This document shows positions 36,091 through 40,858 of a stretch of DNA of 40,858 bases, one piece after another; within the stretch, counting starts at the first letter, position 1; each line of letters begins with the position of its first letter. Under the pieces are notes generated by a model. That model ran no database searches. It worked only from the letters and a program-made list of their open reading frames with translations, and was not told the DNA's origin. The position numbers and the translations under genes are program-made. The stretch is taken from sequence record SRR31156797_10768; one strand, written 5' to 3'.

Positions 36091-37305
36091 ATGCAAGTGA
36101 AGACACGATTTTTAATAAGCATAGTTGTGAAAAAGAACAAAGACAATACCTTAAATACTTATGGGAAATTGCACTTTCCAAGATTATTTTTTCTGGTTTT
36201 GTTTGCTTTTTTCGTTACGAACACCTTCGCTTCTGTTCCTCATACAACTAAGAATGAGAAAGAGGATGGTATAGTATATAGTAAGATTACTTTAAAGAAT
36301 GGACCTGTTGTTATTCATCAGTTACGCATTGATTTATCCAATCAAGATTTTGAGTTTTCAGGAGGTATAGCTAATTCATACTTAGGATTTGGTTTAGAGA
36401 AAACTTCGCAAATAGTAGAAGATGAAAAACAGAAGGGGCATAAAATCATAGCAGCTATAAATGCTGATTTTTTTTGTGGATTTAATCCCGTTTTTCAGAA
36501 TTGCATGATTATCGATGGAGAATTTGTGAAAGGAGTTAAAATGTCTAGAACTCTTTTTGCGGTAAACAAACAAGGTGATATTCGTTTGGATAACTATAAA
36601 TTTAATGGACTAGGTATTATCTGTAAAGATACGATTGCTTTCGACGGACTTAATGTACCTGTTGAAAATAACAAGTGTTGTTTCTATAATAAATACTACA
36701 GAAAAATGCCAGTTCAAAACGATTCTGTTATATACTGGAGAATTAAACCATTAGGCAAGTTCAAAATTGATTCTATTAGTGAATATCAAATAGTAGAGCA
36801 ATTGATTAATCCTGATTCTTTAAATTTTGTCTCAGATTCTAAATACATAGGAATTCATCAATCGCTGAATAGTAGGTTAAAAATAAATGATAGAATTGGA
36901 ATTCGATTAGGTGTTTTCCCTAAGGAAATTGATCCATATTTTATGATTGGGGGCTTACCAAGATTAATTCAAAATGGTAAAAGAATTAATCACTTTAAAG
37001 ATAGAGAAGGATTAACACGTAAAGGTTTTTGGAAAGATCGGCATCCAAGAACTGCGATTGGTATTGATCACAAAATCAATTGCATGTACATGCTTGTTGT
37101 TGATGGTCGTCAACCAGGATACAGTATGGGGATGAGCTTAAAGGAGCTTGGAAAATATCTTCAGAAAATTGGCTGCGATGAAGCTCTGAATTTTGATGGA
37201 GGTGGATCTTCAACATTGATTTTTGATCAAAAAATAATGAATCAACCCTCCGATAAGAAAGGGGAACGAAGTGTTTCTAATATATTCTATATAAAGAAGC
37301 GTTAG
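36091..37305 (+). CDS. Phosphodiester glycosidase (NAGPA/DUF2233) family protein, probably exported
   Basis: AAINADFF, RHPRTAIG, LVVDGRQ, SMGMSL, ALNFDGGGSS, PSD..GERSVSN; hydrophobic segment near the N-terminus; true start uncertain (GTG 36127 or TTG 36169 possible). Confidence 0.88.
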   Translation: MQVKTRFLISIVVKKNKDNTLNTYGKLHFPRLFFLVLFAFFVTNTFASVPHTTKNEKEDGIVYSKITLKNGPVVIHQLRIDLSNQDFEFSGGIANSYLGFGLEKTSQIVEDEKQKGHKIIAAINADFFCGFNPVFQNCMIIDGEFVKGVKMSRTLFAVNKQGDIRLDNYKFNGLGIICKDTIAFDGLNVPVENNKCCFYNKYYRKMPVQNDSVIYWRIKPLGKFKIDSISEYQIVEQLINPDSLNFVSDSKYIGIHQSLNSRLKINDRIGIRLGVFPKEIDPYFMIGGLPRLIQNGKRINHFKDREGLTRKGFWKDRHPRTAIGIDHKINCMYMLVVDGRQPGYSMGMSLKELGKYLQKIGCDEALNFDGGGSSTLIFDQKIMNQPSDKKGERSVSNIFYIKKR

Positions 37306-37362
37306 TTTGTAGAAATTAAAAAAATCCTGAATACTAATTCAGGTACATTGTAGTAGTAGTGT

Positions 37363-37395
37363 AGCAGGAGTTCTTTTGAGCTCCTGCTTTTTTTT
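37363..37395 (+). terminator. Intrinsic terminator
   Basis: AGCAGGAGTTC-tttt-GAGCTCCTGCT plus T-run. Confidence 0.85.
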
Positions 37396-37578
37396 AGTCT
37401 GAAAATTATCAAAGTCTATTTTTTTCGTAACTTCATCTGATATCCCATTCTGTTCAGATTCGTGCATTGTTTTGTACTGATAACGAACAATTACACTTAT
37501 AATTAATGTGGCTTAGTTTTTGATTCATAGTGTGATGGTGGTTTTGGTATTTAGTTTGACTTTTAGAAATCAGATTGT

Positions 37579-38769
37579 ATGAATATTGTTCGACGATTTA
37601 AAAAATATTTGTTTGTGATTCTTTTTATTGGAATAATAACTCCTTTATATGCCCAGAAGAAGAAATTAAGTTCAGGAGCTTTTTCAAAGTATGATAAAGT
37701 TTTTAGAGGAAATGTGAATGATATCAATTTGCCTGATTATACCGAAGGACCTCATATTTTTTGGATTGATGCAAAAACTGTACGTGCACAGTATATAGAC
37801 CATAAACATGATGGCAACACCATTAGTATTCGTGAAAAGAGAATTAAGGTTAAGCGAGATTCTATGTTGATTAAAGGGCAAAAGGGTGATCCGAACCAGT
37901 ATTTGTTACGAAAAGGTAAATATCCGGTTCAAGCTGCTCAGTTTAGTGATGTAAAAAAAATATTGGCTATTGGAGATGTTCACGGTGAATATGATACTAT
38001 GGTTAAGCTTTTGAAAAGTACAGGTGTAGTTGATGATGATTTAAATTGGTCTTGGGATAATGGTCATATTGTGTTTATAGGTGATATTTTTGATAGGGGA
38101 AATGGAGTAACGGAGAGTCTTTATCTAATAAAGAAATTGCAAAGACAAGCAAAATCGAGTGGTGGAAGGCTTCATTTGTTGTTGGGAAATCATGAAATCA
38201 TGGTTTTGATGAAAGATTCCAGATATGTGGCTCCCAAATACAAGCACATGTGCAAAAAGTTAATGCTAAATTATTCAAGATTTTTTAAAGAGGATACGGA
38301 ACTTGGCAAATGGTTGCGTTCACTTAATTCTGTTGTAAAAATTAATGATTTGCTTTTTGTTCATGGTGGTTTATCTCCAGATTTAGTAGAAAGAGATTTG
38401 AGTTTGGAACAAATAAATGATGATATTCGAATGAGTTTAAGTTCGAATCATGGGAAATCTCAGGAGGAGTTGATGAAAACTATTTATTTTCCTGGAAACC
38501 CACTTTGGTATCGTGGATATTTGATGAAAACAAGAAGTTACCCTTTAATAAGTAACGAAGAATTGAATAAGGTAATGCAATATTATAATATCAATCAAAT
38601 TTTCTTTGGACACACCGAAGTAGAATCTATTCGTTTTTTATACGACAATAGAGTAGCTGCCATAAATGTTCCCATGGGATATGATGATATAACTCCTCAG
38701 GTGCTAATGATTGATGAAGGAAAATATTACCGTTGCTTTATAGATGGAACAAAGGAGTTAGTTAAGTAA
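37579..38769 (+). CDS. Secreted PPP-family metallophosphoesterase (Shewanella-like phosphatase type)
   Basis: Signal peptide; IGDVHG, GDIFDRG, LGNHE, FVHGG, PLWYRGY, FGHT. Confidence 0.88.
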   Translation: MNIVRRFKKYLFVILFIGIITPLYAQKKKLSSGAFSKYDKVFRGNVNDINLPDYTEGPHIFWIDAKTVRAQYIDHKHDGNTISIREKRIKVKRDSMLIKGQKGDPNQYLLRKGKYPVQAAQFSDVKKILAIGDVHGEYDTMVKLLKSTGVVDDDLNWSWDNGHIVFIGDIFDRGNGVTESLYLIKKLQRQAKSSGGRLHLLLGNHEIMVLMKDSRYVAPKYKHMCKKLMLNYSRFFKEDTELGKWLRSLNSVVKINDLLFVHGGLSPDLVERDLSLEQINDDIRMSLSSNHGKSQEELMKTIYFPGNPLWYRGYLMKTRSYPLISNEELNKVMQYYNINQIFFGHTEVESIRFLYDNRVAAINVPMGYDDITPQVLMIDEGKYYRCFIDGTKELVK

Positions 38770-38783
38770 TAGCTTGGATAATT

Positions 38784-39878
38784 ATGATTTTATTAGAAAG
38801 TGAAAATAGAAGCAGGTGGCAAAAAATAGTTTTAACTGTAGTTTTAATTTTTTCAATAGGAATTGCTTCTGCGATATCAAAAAAAGAGAGAGATAGCATA
38901 CTTAATCTTCCAATGTTTAAAAAGGATGATTTATTAAAATATGAATTGAAAGGTGATTTAATAAGTCTATTAAATGATATTGGAGAGGATAGATCTTATC
39001 ACAAGTGCAAGCTTATATCTTTAAATGAGAGTAATACAAATCATCCAACTTTAAGTGTTAAGGTAAAAACCAGAGGAAATTTTCGTCGTCGTAAACAAAA
39101 TTGCAATTTTCCACCTCTTCGGTTTAAGTTTTCACCTAAGGAATTAACTGGAACTGTTTTCGAGGGGCAATCAAAATTGAAATATGTAAGTCATTGTCAA
39201 TCTTTAAAAGATAATTACGAACAGCATACAATAGAAGAGTATCTTATTTATAAGATGTACAATTTAGTTAGCGATCACAGTTACCGGGCACGCTTGATGC
39301 AAATGAGTTTTGTTGATGTAAATACAAATGATACCTTGGTTAAGTATGGCTTTTTTATTGAAGATAAGGATGATGTAGCTACACGATGTGGAAAATCAAT
39401 ATTGAACTTTAAAAATATTAAGCAATATGATATTCTAAGAAAAAACATGGTTATGCTCTCTTTGTTTCAATTGATGATTGGGAATTCAGATTGGGATGTA
39501 AGTAGACTGCATAATATTGACATATTGGCTGTAAGTGAAAATAGTATTCCTATGGTTGTTCCCTTTGATTTTGATTGGTCAGGTATTATCAATCATGATT
39601 ATTATACATTGTCTCCTAAAATTTCTCCGGATGCAAAATATAAAAGAATGTATAAAGGAATGAATTGGAGTGATGACGATTTAGAAGCTGCATTTGAAGA
39701 TTTTCGAGAACTTAAAATGTCGTTTTTGCAAACTATTACCGATTGTGAATATCTTAAAGATGAAAATAAAAATAGGCTAGTAGCATATATTGAAGAGTTT
39801 TATCAATTAATAGGTTCGAAAAAGGATGTTCGGAATGAAATTGTGAAAAAATCACAAAAATTACCATCAAATAAATAA
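38784..39878 (+). CDS. Secreted hypothetical protein with CotH-like atypical kinase motifs
   Basis: Signal-like N-terminus; VKTRGNFRR, PPLRFKF, KLKYVSHC, EEYLIYKMYN, FFIED, IGNSDW...HNI, VPFDFDWSG. Confidence 0.6.
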   Translation: MILLESENRSRWQKIVLTVVLIFSIGIASAISKKERDSILNLPMFKKDDLLKYELKGDLISLLNDIGEDRSYHKCKLISLNESNTNHPTLSVKVKTRGNFRRRKQNCNFPPLRFKFSPKELTGTVFEGQSKLKYVSHCQSLKDNYEQHTIEEYLIYKMYNLVSDHSYRARLMQMSFVDVNTNDTLVKYGFFIEDKDDVATRCGKSILNFKNIKQYDILRKNMVMLSLFQLMIGNSDWDVSRLHNIDILAVSENSIPMVVPFDFDWSGIINHDYYTLSPKISPDAKYKRMYKGMNWSDDDLEAAFEDFRELKMSFLQTITDCEYLKDENKNRLVAYIEEFYQLIGSKKDVRNEIVKKSQKLPSNK

Positions 39879-39908
39879 TTTCTTTTTAAAAAATATAGAT
39901 ATAAGCGC

Positions 39909-39955
39909 AAACGATAAAAATAAGGGGGTCTACTCTTATTTTTATCGTTTTTTTT
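39909..39955 (+). terminator. Intrinsic terminator
   Basis: AAACGATAAAAATAAGGG...CTCTTATTTTTATCGTTT long stem plus T-run. Confidence 0.85.
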
Positions 39956-39986
39956 ATTTGATACCCCTAGTTTATTAATAGAGTGC

Positions 39987-40018
39987 TTTGGTCAATTCAT
40001 TTATTTTTTTCAACTTTG
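39987..40018 (+). promoter_or_regulatory. Putative promoter for the GSIII gene
   Basis: TTTG (39987-39990), 20-bp spacer, CAACTTTG (one mismatch to TAnnTTTG). Confidence 0.45.
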
Positions 40019-40123
40019 TATTGTTATCACAAGGGGGTGTTGAGTTAAAATGTACAATTAATTTTGCTGAGTACCCCTTTTTTGATAATGTCAAAAGAAC
40101 TATTAACTAAAATTTTTCCCATT

Positions 40124-40858
40124 ATGGCCACCATTAGATTTCAAGCGTTAAGTGAACTCCTGAGTAGAAAACCGATTTCTGTTACTTTACCATCAAATAA
40201 AGTCACAGATTATTACGGAGATTTGGTTTTTAATGTAGATTCTATGAGAAAGTATCTTTCTCGAGATGCGTTTAAAGCTGTTATGGCTGCTAATGAAAAG
40301 GGAGGTTCTATCGATCGAAAAATGTCTGATGGAATTGCCTTGGGTATGAAATCATGGGCAATTGAAAAGGGTGCAACCCACTACACTCACTGGTTTCAGC
40401 CGCTAACCGATGGAACAGCTGAGAAGCATGATGGTTTTATTGATTATGGCGATGGTGGAAATATGATTGAAAATTTTTCGGGGAAATTATTAGCTCAGCA
40501 AGAGCCAGATGCTTCTTCTTTTCCATCAGGAGGAATTCGCCAAACCTTTGAAGCTCGTGGTTATACAGCCTGGGATGTATCTTCTCCTGCTTTTATTGTT
40601 GGAACAACTCTTTGTATTCCTACAATTTTTATTTCATATACTGGTGAAGCTCTTGATTACAAAACTCCACTTCTAAAAGCACTTGCAGCAGTTGACGAAG
40701 CGGCTGTTGATGTTTGTCAGTATTTCGATAAAAATGTAACAAAAGTACATGCTAACCTTGGTTGGGAGCAAGAATATTTTCTGATTGATGAAGCTCTTTT
40801 TCAGGCTAGACCAGACCTTGCTTTAACGGGTCGTACTTTAATGGGACACTCTTCTTCA
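40124..40858 (+). CDS. glnA: Glutamine synthetase type III, 5' part (runs off the window; absent from the ORF track)
   Basis: Manual translation MATIRFQALSELLSRKP...GATHYTHWFQPLTDGTAEKHDGF...QQEPDASSFPSGGIRQTFEARGYTAWD...LGWEQEYFL; an in-frame upstream ATG exists at 40088. Confidence 0.95.
   Translation, partial: MATIRFQALSELLSRKPISVTLPSNKVTDYYGDLVFNVDSMRKYLSRDAFKAVMAANEKGGSIDRKMSDGIALGMKSWAIEKGATHYTHWFQPLTDGTAEKHDGFIDYGDGGNMIENFSGKLLAQQEPDASSFPSGGIRQTFEARGYTAWDVSSPAFIVGTTLCIPTIFISYTGEALDYKTPLLKALAAVDEAAVDVCQYFDKNVTKVHANLGWEQEYFLIDEALFQARPDLALTGRTLMGHSSS

Noticed and set aside
36161-36274. Out-of-frame ATG in good context suggesting a frameshifted start of the NAGPA gene
   Set aside because: In-frame ATG/GTG/TTG alternatives exist and the main frame is open; cannot be supported without reads or homologues
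1-40858. CRISPR arrays, IS elements, prophage, rRNA or defence systems
   Set aside because: No repeat-spacer periodicity and no transposase, phage, nuclease or rRNA-like sequence recognised by eye

Overview
AT-rich chromosomal window from a Bacteroidota genome, judged by TAnnTTTG promoters, a SusC/SusD pair and type III glutamine synthetase; a marine Bacteroidales/Marinifilaceae-like host is plausible but unproven. The left end carries a tRNA 3' end, gpmI, a DUF3109-like gene and an M20 dipeptidase; the right end is a truncated GSIII gene. Between them (about 4.4-37.3 kb) lies a roughly 33-kb cluster that reads as a near-complete peptidoglycan (PG) utilisation and recycling locus: SusC/SusD, three unrelated amidase candidates, three glycan-cleaving enzymes (SpoIID-like, NamZ, GHL10/DigH-like), YkfC/YkfB peptide enzymes, AmpG and SSS transporters, AnmK, MurK, MurQ and a NagB-deacetylase fusion. 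Unexplained members include a GT2, an HxHxQ HIT enzyme, an SGNH esterase, an HGSNAT/NagX-like protein and a NAGPA-family protein. A 19-bp operator-like palindrome (TAACATGT-N3-ACATGTTA) recurs in the four main promoter regions and fits the local FadR-family regulator. All protein assignments come from motif recognition by eye; no database search was run.
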